A stretch of DNA of 64,000 nucleotides from Chrysomallon squamiferum (Eukaryota; Animalia; Mollusca), in contig CM022667.1 of the NCBI GenBank assembly GCA_012295275.1, forward strand, positions 3,968,001 through 4,032,000. Direction: 5' to 3'. The position numbers and the translations under genes were made by a program. The notes under the pieces were generated by a model that was not told where the DNA came from, did no database searches, and saw nothing but the letters and a program-made list of their open reading frames with translations. Of the stretch, positions 1 through 14,540 are shown piece by piece; positions within the stretch are counted from its first letter, which is position 1; each line of letters starts with the position of its first letter.

Positions 1-1678
1 CATTATCTTAATGAAAAAAAGGGATCTCATTTTATACTGAGAGTTATCGCATATATCAAATATAACATTTTCCCCACTGTCATTTAAAAAAAAACTAAAA
101 AAAAAAAAAATATTTATATATATATATATAATATTTATTATCTTCAAAATAAATTATGTCATTTCATCTTGAAAGTGTACCGCGTCAAGAATAATAGTGC
201 TCCTTTTATCTTTTTTGGAAACAATAATTAAAAAAAAAAAAAAAAAAATAATAATAATAATAATAAAAACAAGGGTGGAGCTATGAAGTATAGATCTGAC
301 CCTAATGGATGTTTCCGCCCCTGACTACATCACACAGTCACTGAACCATTACCATTTGCTTGATTTTTCTGATTTCGCTTGAGGCGACTTTGCGGTACTT
401 TTAAGTAACGTACTGGCCCCGGGCTCGGTTAACTCTTGTATTTATTATTTACTTTCTTCGCCTCAAAGTGTTCTCGCATAAACACATCAATTTTGATGAA
501 TAACAAAAAAAAAAAAAAAACTATATAAAAAAACCTTCCCCCAAACACGTGTTCAAACGAGAAGACACATATTTCAAACTGCTAAAGATTTTATACATAC
601 ATACATACATACATATATATCTGTGTGTGTGTTCGTCCCGCTCTGATTGCAATGTGTATATCATCCCTGTCCCTTTTTTTTCTTTTCTTTTTCTTAATTA
701 ATATATATTCTTGTTCTTGATGCATGTATACATATATGCAAAGGTTACGAATACGAAGTGTACAGAAAGAAAGAAAACAAAATGTCTCGTGTTGAAACTG
801 ACAAGAAATGAAGCAGATTACTTTCACCAAAGACTGCCATTAAATAATAATGATTTGGGTAAGGATTCTGGTTTATTTTATTTTATTTTATTTTATTCAA
901 ATAAATAAATTACAAACCTGGATTTAGGCTATTTATTTGCAACGTCATCCTCTTCACTAAAATAAATATTGTCACCGAGGCTTTCTCATTTCAGTGGAAG
1001 TATACGCGCATTTTATTTATTTTCAACAGAACTGTATTTGCATAGTATTATTTACTTAATTATTCAATGAATATTCATAACGTTAACACGATACTGGTCA
1101 GACTATTTTACAGTTTTACAGACATGAATATTCATAAATTTATGCGTAACTTAAGACACGGAGGGATTTCGTTTTCTGATGTCATACAAAAGTGAGCGCA
1201 CACACGCACAGAGAGAGATCTGCGCGTGCATGCTTAGACGTACACGCATCCAGACACGCAACATACAAAGATAAACACACACATATCAAAATGATACAGA
1301 AAACTCACACATTTCAGACGCAGATATATAAGCAAGAGCAATACAACTGAACAGTTATTGTATTAAATTTTACACGTGAGTGATGATATAACGCGCACAG
1401 CAGGACAACGAATGACTCTACACAGTTAGGCTTACAAAGATACACACGGTATATATATATATATATATTTGTTTGTAAAGATCCCTTGTACAGACACGTT
1501 CTAACAGACAGGACAACCGCGAACCACAGACTGACTAGAAGACCCATAATCCCTCTGCGGAACGTCTGAAAGTACAGCCCGGCTGTTTGTTTGTTTGTTT
1601 GTTTGTTTTTCTTTGCTTCATGGTACGATCGAAAAGACAGTTTTAATAATGAAAAATAAAATTGTAATAATAATAATA

Positions 1679-1743
<65 letters not shown>

Positions 1744-2364
1744 TAAAAATAAAATAAATAAATAAAAGTCCAAGAACACGAACATATTACTTGATCGACA
1801 AACAGCCCAGTAAAGCCACTGGTAAGGGACGAACCTGTATCGACGGAATATCAAATGAATTCTTGGACAACGTTGTGCAGACTTGAAAAAAGCAAGAGTC
1901 TGATTTGCAGACGAAGTTTACATTACTGACACAGGAGAGTTAGCCGTGAGCTGAGTTTGTTTTGTCGGTGAATCGAAACAAATATTTGATCTAACAAATC
2001 CTGTCTTCTCAATCCACGACAAAACTCTCTTCAAACAAAACATTTTGTGACTTGAAGCAAAGAAACACACAGTGAGAACGGTATCAAGGTTAATTTAACC
2101 CAATTTATCTGAACCATGATCCAAGCACGTTGTTCTGGACAAGCAAATGCAAGGATTTTTAAAAAACGTGGGCAAGACTTGTCATGAAACTAAATACTTT
2201 GAAATTTGAATCATAGAAACATACATACGGAAAAGTATCAAAGTTATAATTTAAACCAGTTTCTGTCAAAGATGATCCAAGTTACCTTATTCTGGACAAC
2301 AATGAACGGATTTTAAAAACAAAGGAATGATTGTTTCATCAGAGTAAATGTCCTGTGATATGAC

Positions 2365-2470
<106 letters not shown>

Positions 2471-3012
2471 AAATGAATCAATTATAACTGATATATCTGA
2501 TAATTCGTTATCAATATGTTTTGCTTTAGTGATAATATTTTATGTCAACAGTAAGAACAAAATTAAATTCATTGACGGATCCAGACACATTCGACAAAGT
2601 AAAGAATAATGTAATCAGTTAAACTGATATGCATAAACATACTCATATAACGCATTATCCACAGAAACAGCAGAGTGCATACACACACCAGCTAAACTTT
2701 CATCTTTTTCTCCCTCATCCTATCTGCCTCTCTTTTTTCCCCTTCTGCTTCTGTTTGCTCATTTGTCTGTCTCTCACTCTTTCTTTATCTCCTTTTGTCT
2801 CTCCATTTATTTGCCAGTCTCTTTCATAACAACAACAACAACAACAACAACAATAAAAAGAAGAAACAACCCCAGCTACTGCGCATCGCTACAACAGTTA
2901 CAACTACAGCAACGAAACGTCTACAAACTACTACTGTTGCTGTCTCTGCTGCTTCTTCTAAATACGACAACCACTACCACAACGACTAATAAAGAAAAGA
3001 TGTCGTACTCAC

Positions 3013-3102
3013 CGTCGTTAACTAGTCTGTGAAGTACACTGGCCATCTCCTGACACTGCCTCACTCCGTATTCCACTGACTGATCTTCTGGCAAACCCAA
3101 AT
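3013..3102 (-). CDS. ESRP: ESRP/fusilli coding exon 4; RRM exons lie outside the window (before base 1)
   Basis: 90 nt, phase 1/1. T+AT completes a Tyr, then LGLPEDQSVEYGVRQCQEMASVLHRLVND(G), similar to ESRP1 [29 protein letters not shown]. Donor G|GTGAGT. Confidence 0.88.
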
Positions 3103-3731
3103 CTAATATGTACGTTAAGGAAATTCTCTCTTGTTTCGTTTCAAAAAAAAAAATGACTATACAGTGCAATCAATATATCAGTACAGTTATATACAGTACA
3201 ACAATACATAACAAAATAATACAAAGCAATGCAGTATAATTCATATTATGTGGTTAAAAACATACAATGAAATACAGTATATAAAATAAAAGACAACAGA
3301 TACGTAACAAAATAAAACAAAACAATGCAATATAATTCATAAATATAAAAATAAAACGCTTATATAGGTGTGTGTGTGTGTGTGTTTGTGTGTCTACATT
3401 TATAAAAATTGTTTATTGAATTTTTTGTTTTGTTTTATTTCAAGCATTGTACTATGAACCATCATACAATACTGAATCCCAACACCCAGAACTCTTTTCG
3501 CACGCAATCCCATCTACCTCGATAGGCGGGTGTACTTCTCTTCACCCTGTACACACCAAATGTGTTATCAAATCGCGAGTTTAATTGCCAAATGTAACAG
3601 ATTCGTGTGAAATGTAACACAGTCTTAGCAGAAGTTACGTTTGTCTGAAAATAAAGTTGTTCATTTTCACGCCTTAATTACGAATAAGAAAAAAATATAT
3701 ATATATCCCAGTTTGGTTAAACAATGGAATC

Positions 3732-3770
<39 letters not shown>

Positions 3771-4061
3771 ATAAGAAAAAAATATATATATTATCATCTT
3801 TTAATTTATTCTCATGAGTCAGTACGGATTTAAGATGATCTGCGGGATTAAGGAGACAAAAAAGCTAAATATCGATATCAGTAACTTATTGGTTAAATAC
3901 AAGTCACGTGACAGCGCAATGTCCGTGCAAGCAGCCATTAACAATTAATCCATTGTTATTCGCATGTACGCAGATTTATGAGTGACACGAATATCACGAA
4001 TTTGAAAAGAGTACAAGAAATACAATGAAAAATTTTATCTTTTGGGTGTTGTCTTTGTGAC

Positions 4062-4093
<32 letters not shown>

Positions 4094-6033
4094 CGTAATG
4101 TATTTCAAAGAACAAATAAATATTATTTTATGTACGAATGATATATTAAAAGTCACACGTATTTAATTTTCTCCTCCTACTATTTTTTTTTATTAACATC
4201 TTACATGTTGACGAAAATTACAACGACAACCATATGACTATTATTATTTTTATTATATAACAACAGAAAGGAATATTATCAAGACAAATCTTTTCAGTTT
4301 CAGTATGTTAGCCTCCATTTTTTTTTTTTCCGGTCCGACTATTTCAAAATGAACACCATATAAAGGCAACGATCTATTTTCAAATAATAAATGATTTAAA
4401 TGTTTAAATGATTTTTAACTTGTACGTCAGTCACGTTTAGTTTTAAAATAATTTTGTAAATTATTAATTCACTCTCTGCAGAAAATGATCTTTGAGAAAT
4501 GAGAAAGAAAATATTAGAGTGTAGCCATAGCAGTTTAATAAAATATGATGACAAACATTTTCAGAAGAAAAAAAGCACGAGGTGAGCAGAAGAATCATTT
4601 CTCTTAAATATTGAGTATAATGTATGTAATTATGCATTATGTTTGTGTATATGCAAATGTTTTGCAGTTAAGTGTATGTGCATAATGTATATAAGACTAT
4701 TTTTGGGATCCCTATCTTTAAGCCAACAAGTCTCATGGGAGGGGGTTAAATGTTTTTAATGTTTTTTAATTTTTTTCAGTATATTACAACTTATATATTT
4801 AAAAGAATATTGATAAATGATTACGTTTTTCATGCCAAATGTATCTAACAAGTGTCATCACTGATGAAGAAAATCACTGAATATGTACCCAGTCATCACT
4901 GTACCAATAAAACAGTAGTTAAACAACATCACTGAACCAATAACAGTAGTCAAATCGACACCTTTATTTCTATACGAGTTGAACTGCACAGTGTGTAAAC
5001 ATACACTGAATGCTCCATTCAAAGTATTACTCAAGTCTTTTCTGTGTACAGCCAGTACTAGTTACAATTCGACAAACTACTGCTACACGTTTCATGCAGT
5101 TACTTGAATACGTAACACAATCGTTTACTTCCAAACTGCAGTTAATAACACGACAAACGTTTCATATACGCTTTATACAGTTAACCGTACAGAACAGAAT
5201 CATTTATGTTCGCGGTATGTGAACGGCCATTAAAGCTAACAATACCACGAAGTATCGTATACGGGTTTTATTGCAGTCGACTAAATAGAAAAATAATATT
5301 TTTAGTCTCTCTTAAGAAAGTTGGAATCTTCTTCGAGTGGGAGAAAGACGGTGTGACATAATTAAAAACACATCACAGCACTCTCGCCACAAAGGATCGA
5401 TTTCTGATTTGACTTTTCTTGCCTTTTCAGCGTATACATACATACACTTGTCAGACTGTTCACATCGGAACAAAGAATTTTTCAGACTGAATTACCTCGA
5501 TTTTTTATATATTTTTTTCAACCTTACTAATACATATGCTTTCAAACAGCAAAGCAAGAATTTCCTTTACTACCCTACACCAGCTTATATATATATATCT
5601 GTCACATACTGCTTTCAAAGTAACAAAGCGTGGATTCCGTTTGCCCACCTCTGTACACCAGCGTGGCCGGTCACAGTGTTTGTGTTGTGCTGTGGCTACC
5701 TGTACAATGTCTCACCTTTGCAGGTGACACTGCTGTCACACAATGGACTGACGTTTGTAATGAACTGCAGGTAAAGGTGTGTTAAAACGACTTACTGCAC
5801 AACGGACGTATTGGTGGACACGGCTTGAACTTCGTGTGGTTTGTACACATTAACTTTTCTTTCACATTATAATTTATTTTCTATGTTGAACTCAAAAAAA
5901 TGGACAAACCATCGAGAAAGTCAGGATGTTATTTATTGTATCGACATCCTTTTTCAGGGGCGATATGCCATTTCAGAGGAGGAAGGGGTACCTTAGTTAC
6001 GATGGAGGTTAGCTTTGAAGATAAAGCAAGCTA

Positions 6034-6080
<47 letters not shown>

Positions 6081-6843
6081 ATGAGGGTATGAGTAATTAA
6101 GAGAGCAATCTTGTAAGTAAGAAAATAACTGAAAAAGACAGCCACAAATGAATAAGTGTCAAGGAATAAGAATAATAAAAAAAAATATGCAGTGGTTTCA
6201 GCTTGAATATATCAGATCAAAATTTTACTGCTTTATTCATTACTAGCATTTAATTATCCTGTATCAGTTTACATACATCAATAAATATCGATTAAGTTTT
6301 GAAAGGGCTTCTCAAATTAGCAATTCTAAGGACATTCCTCGCGCTGAGCGAGTCTTTATAAATAGATGCACATAAACACAGATGTAAATGCATATATGTT
6401 AAGTGTATGCACATTCTAATACGACATTAGAAAAAAAAATGCAATGAATCATTGAAGCTTAACTAATTGCATCAAGCAAGAAGCTAAAAAATAAAATATA
6501 AATAACATATGTATATATATATATATATATATATATTCACACACACACACAGACAGACAGACAGACAGAGAGAGGGACAGATATACACATATATAATTTT
6601 TTGAAATTATATCAAGATTATAAAAAAGGAAGTGGACAAGACAACAGGGAGAGAGATGTGTGTGTGTGTGTAATTAGGTCAAGCAGTCTGGGGAGATGAA
6701 AACGACGTTAGAATAAATTATTATTTTCTATTTAGTCAACTGCATAAACGAAGTATAATAGTTTGTAATGTTGCTAGACTCGGTAGCTATTCTTATATCG
6801 TGAATCATTCTAAGTTACTTGGTTGACTGTACCAAGCTTGAGT

Positions 6844-6987
<144 letters not shown>

Positions 6988-7118
6988 AAGAGAGAGATGC
7001 TTCAACTGTTTAAGTATATAAACTAAAAGACAAACAAATCCTAATATAGACACATTTCAATATTTTGTTGATTCACAATCCATCAGCATTCAAAATAATC
7101 CTTAGATCTGCAACAACC

Positions 7119-7165
<47 letters not shown>

Positions 7166-7689
7166 AAACAGAAAGGAAAGAAAAACAACATACTGTTAGC
7201 GTAACAACAGGGCATCCGTATTTTAACTCATGTTTCATGTCCCTTTTATGTTAATATTCAGAATTCGCTTAATTTATATTCATCCCAGTACGTACATATT
7301 TTTATATGTCATATTGCAGAGAAAGCCAGCTAAGCAACTACGTCTGGTACAACATGACCGTGTACTGCGTTTAGTCTGTTATTGACAGAACGGCTAGTTT
7401 GAGGATAGGCATGTTTATGTGTAAGGACGGAGATGTGGACTGTATGTAAGCATGTGTGCGTGCGTGCGTGCTTCAGTATGTGCATTTATGTGAGTGCTTT
7501 TGTCTAGTTATGTATGTATGTATGTGTGTGTGTATGTATGTGTCTATCTATCTATGTATAATGTGTGTGTCTGTGTTTGACTGCGTGCGCGCGTGTGTGT
7601 GTGTGTGTGTGTGTGTAATTCATATTAAGAATGCACACTTGCACGTATGTATGGCAAACTGCTGTATTCATAACAATTTTAACACAAAA

Positions 7690-7760
7690 TACGAACTGGG
7701 ATTCGAACCAGCTGTCTACGAGATCCGAACGCGAAGTTTTTAAACCTCTCTTGCATCTGA
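7690..7760 (-). mobile_element. tRNA-derived SINE head or pseudo-tRNA remnant
   Basis: Minus strand reads TGCAAGAGAGG (A-box-like) ... CTGGTTCGAATCCCAG (B-box/T-arm). No complete cloverleaf. Confidence 0.4.
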
Positions 7761-9129
7761 ACCTAGTAATCGTTGCTCGGCGACAGCGTGAAGAACTTAG
7801 AAAATGGAGCGAGACGACCTCAAGGCGAAATAGCATTCGTGTTAGTTACGTCACAATACAAACATTCGTAACAGTTACGTCATAACACAAACAGGTGTTG
7901 ATTATCCTTCAGCTGCTAAATATTTGGAAAGATTGCGTTTTGATCCTTAGAGTTATCGTCCCTGACCTCGGTACCTTTAACAGCAGACCGTGCAAGCAAA
8001 TTCTCCTCCCTTGAACTCTGACATTGAGCACTTTAAAAGTGCAAGCAATCACCCGCCTTAGCATCGTCATGAGTTTTCTCTTGATTTACCAAATGCAGTT
8101 TAACCCTGACATTTTCACATTTTCACATTTTCAAAAAACCTATCTGATCAGTAAACTATGATTAAATAATATTTCATGCAAAGAGGAACGTTAGGTTAAT
8201 AAACAACGATTCGCAAAAGAAAACAAAATTTATCGTTGATATAATGATATTTGAAACCTGGAATACTGCAAACAAAACAATTTTTTTAGAGGGTATAATT
8301 TCAGAAAGTAAAAGTTTATCAAATAAAATTCTATGTGTTCATATATATTTGTCGTGTTAACCTTTGTGTGTTTTGTGTGTCTGCATGTGTGTGTGTAAAT
8401 ATTATAAAATCATATCTACAATCATCATATTTGAAATGAAATAAAACAGCCATTACCACCAAAACATCTAAAATAATGAGTATTCGCGATAAAAATATCT
8501 CAGAACATGATTTTTTTTTTTTAAATTAAACAATGCTTATAAGTTATTTTTAAAGTTTCACCGACGATAACTTAATATAATTCGAAACTGAAATTAAGCA
8601 GACACGTAAGCATCACACAATTCGAAATAACGACTACTTCAAGATAAGAAATGTTCGCGATAACAAGACTATATAAAACATAAACCCTGTTACACGCTAA
8701 CTGCCTTTATCTCGTCAACACTTTGCAGTTAGGACGTCGTGAAAGAATATAACTGTAAGCCACGTACCCGGGGTGGCTCGTGATTTATTTGCGACGACAT
8801 GTCTGATGTTTGTAACGACCGAATTTATCAGGATTACAGATCACGTTTGAAATGACACCGGCGGCGGGTCGGGGTGAGACGTCGAAACGATCAGTTCTGA
8901 TATATACCTAGCACAGGCACACATCAATCATATCTCCTGACACCTCATTAATTACCATCACTGGTAATGCCGAAGTGCATAACATTGAATAATAGCACAT
9001 ATTCACGAAAACTCTAGCGAGTGCTAGTAACATTTCAGTCTTTTCTGACCTTGCCAGGCAGTAGAGAGTTTACTGTAGTTTATTAGTCATACTGACAGGC
9101 AATATGTACTGTTTACTAATGTTACTACG

Positions 9130-9575
<446 letters not shown>

Positions 9576-10343
9576 AAGTTAATGAGTATATAATTTTACC
9601 TCAACAATTTACAACTTTCTGAAAATACTTTGCTTTAACTTTACAAAACAGGCTAATTAACGTCAAATACCTGCACAAATTTTAAAATTTAAAACATCAT
9701 ATTGAAAATTCTAAAACCCTCAAAACCAGATGTCGCTTCCTTATTCAAAACGTTTAGTCCTAAATTTAAAAAAAAAGGTGACTTTAATGTCCAAATTTAA
9801 CTTCAGACCCAGAACAAGTGACAAATAAAAAAATGATAAAGTAGAACACATGGCCATAAAAAAATCAACTATTGGAAATATGTGGGGTGCTTAAAAGTTC
9901 AGCCAGGTGTGAAGCATAACCTTTTGTGCATCCATCTGTGACCACGATAAATCGATCACTAAAATAAATACGACACAGTACCACAATGTACTGTCACAGC
10001 AGCGGGAGTTCGGGTATGTGGGGTGGGGTGGGGTGGGGTATGGTCTTGTGTTTTTTAATAATATGTTATTAGTACATTCAGTGGACCCATACAACTTTAC
10101 AGAATATCAGACTATTGTTAAACATGTCAAAACAAGTTAATTTGTGCGGGATATATTTTAATGTTTTCAAACGTACTTTTGTAATCTATCAAAACATACA
10201 CATACACAGAATTATATTGTTACAAGTACTGCTACTGCTACTGCTACTGCTACTACTACTACTACTACTACTAATAATAATAATAATAGTAATAATAATT
10301 ATAATAATAAACACCATATCATCATCATCATCATCATCATCAT

Positions 10344-10374
<31 letters not shown>

Positions 10375-10379
10375 AAATG

Positions 10380-10425
10380 CCACTGCCGGGATTCGAACCC
10401 AAAACGGACCTGTAGTGCAAATATC
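10380..10425 (-). mobile_element. tRNA-derived SINE remnant
   Basis: B-box GGGTTCGAATCCCGGCAGTGGC on the minus strand; no intact acceptor or D arms. Confidence 0.35.
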
Positions 10426-11140
10426 TCTTTACAGTTAAATATCTGCGAGTGACTTGTACGGCTAATTACTGTTTAACCAAGTTTAGCAAATATCAAAGTA
10501 AATCCCGCCTTCTCCTGTTTGCCTTTCCACTTCTCGTGGCGGGTCTTTTGGGTCGAGTATCGTCAACTCGCTACGGTTCACACTATCTAGTACCAGACGT
10601 GTGGATAATAGCATCTGCCTAATTTACCTACTAAACAGCTTCCGGTCCGACGGAAAGTAGTATTTGAAAGTAAGAATTATTACAAGCGGAATGTTAAGAG
10701 CTGTGATAGAAACCCTAGATATATATATATATATAGAAAGAATTTAAAAACCGTACAATTAAATTTTTTTTTTTTTTTTTTTTTTAAATTATAAATATTA
10801 TTTGAGAAACTATTTAAGAATGATATATGAACACTAATTTTGTCAGTAAAATAATGTTTGTCAAGCAAATATGAAAAATCTAGGAATCTAATGTGGTCCG
10901 TAAATATACTTTTTTTTAGAACCATTTCTGTTTGCAGTAGTGAGACCAAAGTATTGCATGTCAGACCAGCGTTTTATCAAAGAACCAGCTCACACACAAA
11001 CAACTACACTGAACCAAATATAAACATTTACGAATAGTTTTTCTTTCATACCCATTTTTTATTTTAATTATTAATTAATTAATTAATTAATTTATTTATT
11101 TATTGTAAAGCTAAAATATCATTATAAATAATAAATATTA

Positions 11141-11171
<31 letters not shown>

Positions 11172-12149
11172 AAAGCATTTCAGGAATGAGGAACCCATAT
11201 TATTTAAATTAAGAGCATTGTGTAGTACAATAAAACAGTGTGTTTATTTCATTTCCCACGACATCAAGGTAACAATACACCTGCACAGATCTCTATATCT
11301 GGTTTTTTATTTTTTATTTTTTTTTTCCCCTATTTCGATAGCTGAAAGTAAAATCTGACCACGACACAAACTCACGGTTTTTCTATTTATAACGTCCACT
11401 ACGACAAGATCTAGCGTTGACAGAGTCGCTGAAATTTTTGAGCCTACGTTGAGAGATAAAAAATGTAATATACCGGAATGTGACATGCAACTCAAGTATG
11501 CTCGATATTTTCGGTGATAAACCCTAACTCAACGGGTGTTGCCTGAATTGAGGTCTGTTACGGGTGCACGAACGGATTCAAGGAGTTGTGCCTACGGGTA
11601 TCGAGTAAGTTCAAACAGCTATTTAAAGTTATAATAATTTTTTTAAAAATGAGAACAATTTGGCCCTTAGTATTACAGATTTTCCTGATTCTATTCGCTT
11701 GCTTTACTGTCTCCCTTCCCCATTTTAATATTCATTTCGTGTCGCTGTACTTTCTCCGTGTTCCTTTGTTATTAATTGTTATGAAAGCATGGTGAAACGT
11801 TATAAAACTTAAAAACGGGGAAAACTAAACAATAAAGAGAATATGTCCATATGGCAGGCTACAGCTTAATAGGGTTTGGGGGACTTATCGTGTGCTAGAT
11901 TAAGCCGTGAAGAAAAAAAAAAAGATAAACACCTGAAAACAACACACTGGGGACACGGTAATCTTCTCACAGCGGGAACTTCACAAAGATAACAGTGAAA
12001 ACTAGAGAAAAATTTAAAAACAAAAAAAAAAAAAAAGTTTACAAACTGATAGCTAGATTTCGAAAGTAAATTTCATTCTTACTTCAAATAAGTAATTTAT
12101 ATCAGGGAGGGAAGTGGGTGAGTGAGTGAGTGAGTGAGTGAGTGAGTGA

Positions 12150-12261
<112 letters not shown>

Positions 12262-14146
12262 CTCGAAGAGCCATTGCTACACAGCACAACAAGCAGCCTC
12301 AGAAGAAAGTAAATAATCCTGTAAGACTCAAATGTTTTCAGTCAATATTTGCGCATGCCCATGCTAGTAAAAGACGAGCATGTGACCTTCTGACGTGATG
12401 TTCGGAGCATGAGAAAATTCGAAACTAGCAGCAGGTCGGAAACAAGAATGCCGTTTAAAACAGATAGAACAAAGAAAACAAATTCAAAATAAAAATAAAT
12501 AAATGATTATTTTTGTTTATTTTTGATGGTTTTATTTATTGTTGTTGTTATTATTATTATTGAGACTTAGTGGTTTTCATACTGCAGACGATATCTAGTT
12601 CTAATTTTAACGGGAGTAATATTTCTTTTTAAAAGCTCTAATTAATTAATCTATTTATTATTTAATTTTCTTGAGGCTAATAATAATAATTGTAAACTAA
12701 TTTTATTATTACTTTCTTATTTAATAAATATATAAATACCATGTCAAGGAAAAGACCCATTTTAACCCAGAAGCACTTCTGTTTTTGTTTGGTGACCTTC
12801 AGAAAGGTCACGTGGTTGAAGTTCGCGGTTCGCCCAAGACAAATACAAAGAAGACGACTGGTTTATTCGGTGTTGCCTAGACAACTTTGACCTGTTGCTA
12901 AAAATGTCACCTACATATCAAATGTCAACCACGACATGCATCTGTTTTCAGACGAACAGAACAGGAATTGTCACTTTGTTATTTTAATTAACTAGTCGTT
13001 CTTTTACTCGTAGCAAATATACTCATGCATAGATAGATATCATATAATACAGACTTATATATATCTATGCAAGATCATGCAGACACAGACAAACACTCAA
13101 ACACAAACACGTAAACATACACTCCTACGCTTATACACATGTATAGAAAAAATATAAATATAAGTTACTAGAATATATACATATGTGTACGTGTTTTGTG
13201 TGTGTGTCTGTGTCTGTCTGTCTATCTTTGTTCTTGTGCCTGTGCATGTGCCTTTGAGCATAAGCTGACCAGGTTCAAGTATCGCTGTACTGACCGCAGT
13301 ACAAACACAAGTCTATCATTACACGTGTTTCTGAGTGGGACAATAGTGCATGATGACAAATACCTGAACAAAAGCAGATTGTCTGGTTTTTCAGGTAACT
13401 TCAGACATGTTCACCGAACCGTGACCCGCATTAAACCCACACTCTTTACTGTGTGTGCCTACAAACACATATATAATCACACAAACACAGAATGTGTCAT
13501 CAGTACATTCATACATAGTTATACACGTAAACACATACCTGTGTATACACAGACACAACATACGTACACATGACACACCCACACACACAGGCGCATACAT
13601 ACATGTAAATACATACACACACACAATCACGATACTCCCTCCCTCTCCCCCTGCCCCTCCCTCTCTCCCCCCCCCCTCCCTCCCTCCCTCTCTCTCTCAC
13701 ACACACACTAGCACGCAATCAGTATTTCACACAAACAAGTTCGAATTAATGCCAATCGTAGATACAAAAAAACCCACAAACATCGAACGACGTAACGGCT
13801 TCACGAAAATATATAACTTTCCAGATTCATGTAAGCGTTTTGAGTGTGACGCCGAAAACAAAGACGAGATTGCGGGGACTATACTTTCTTAAGCACGACC
13901 TCGCACGCAAAGGGGAATAATGAACCAACTCGCGATAACATCGACTACTGTGGGAAACGAGCTGCCACGACACTGGCTGTGCACCGCAGATATAGCGCTA
14001 CCCGATATACCCGATATACCCGCGTGTCTCTAACCAGACTGCCAGAGCGACATGAACCGAGTAAACTCTGCATGAGGTTCACCGGTGAAAGGGAGAGTCA
14101 ATTAGTAGAAACTCTACACTGTCTGCGTGAACACGCTTTTTGTAGT

Positions 14147-14147
<1 letters not shown>

Positions 14148-14242
<95 letters not shown>

Positions 14243-14409
14243 ACTGCAACAGCAACAGCAACAGCAACAACAACAACAATAATAGTTATTAGTAGTAGTT
14301 ATAGTAGTTGTATATTGGTAGTGGTACTAGTAATAGCAGCAGTAGTACTAGTAGTACTAATCTAGTAGTAGCACTCCTAGTAACAGTAATAATAGTAACG
14401 ACAATAATG

Positions 14410-14454
<45 letters not shown>

Positions 14455-14465
14455 TTAATATTAAT

Positions 14466-14508
<43 letters not shown>

Positions 14509-14540
14509 TTTAATAAATAAATAAATAAATAAATAAATAA
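14148..14540. repeat. Compound (AAT)/(AGCAAC)/(AGT) microsatellite
   Basis: Direct inspection. Confidence 0.9.

Noticed and set aside
5337-5774. 145-aa + strand ORF inside the ESRP intron
   Set aside because: GTG start, no homology recognised, and composition typical of non-coding DNA.
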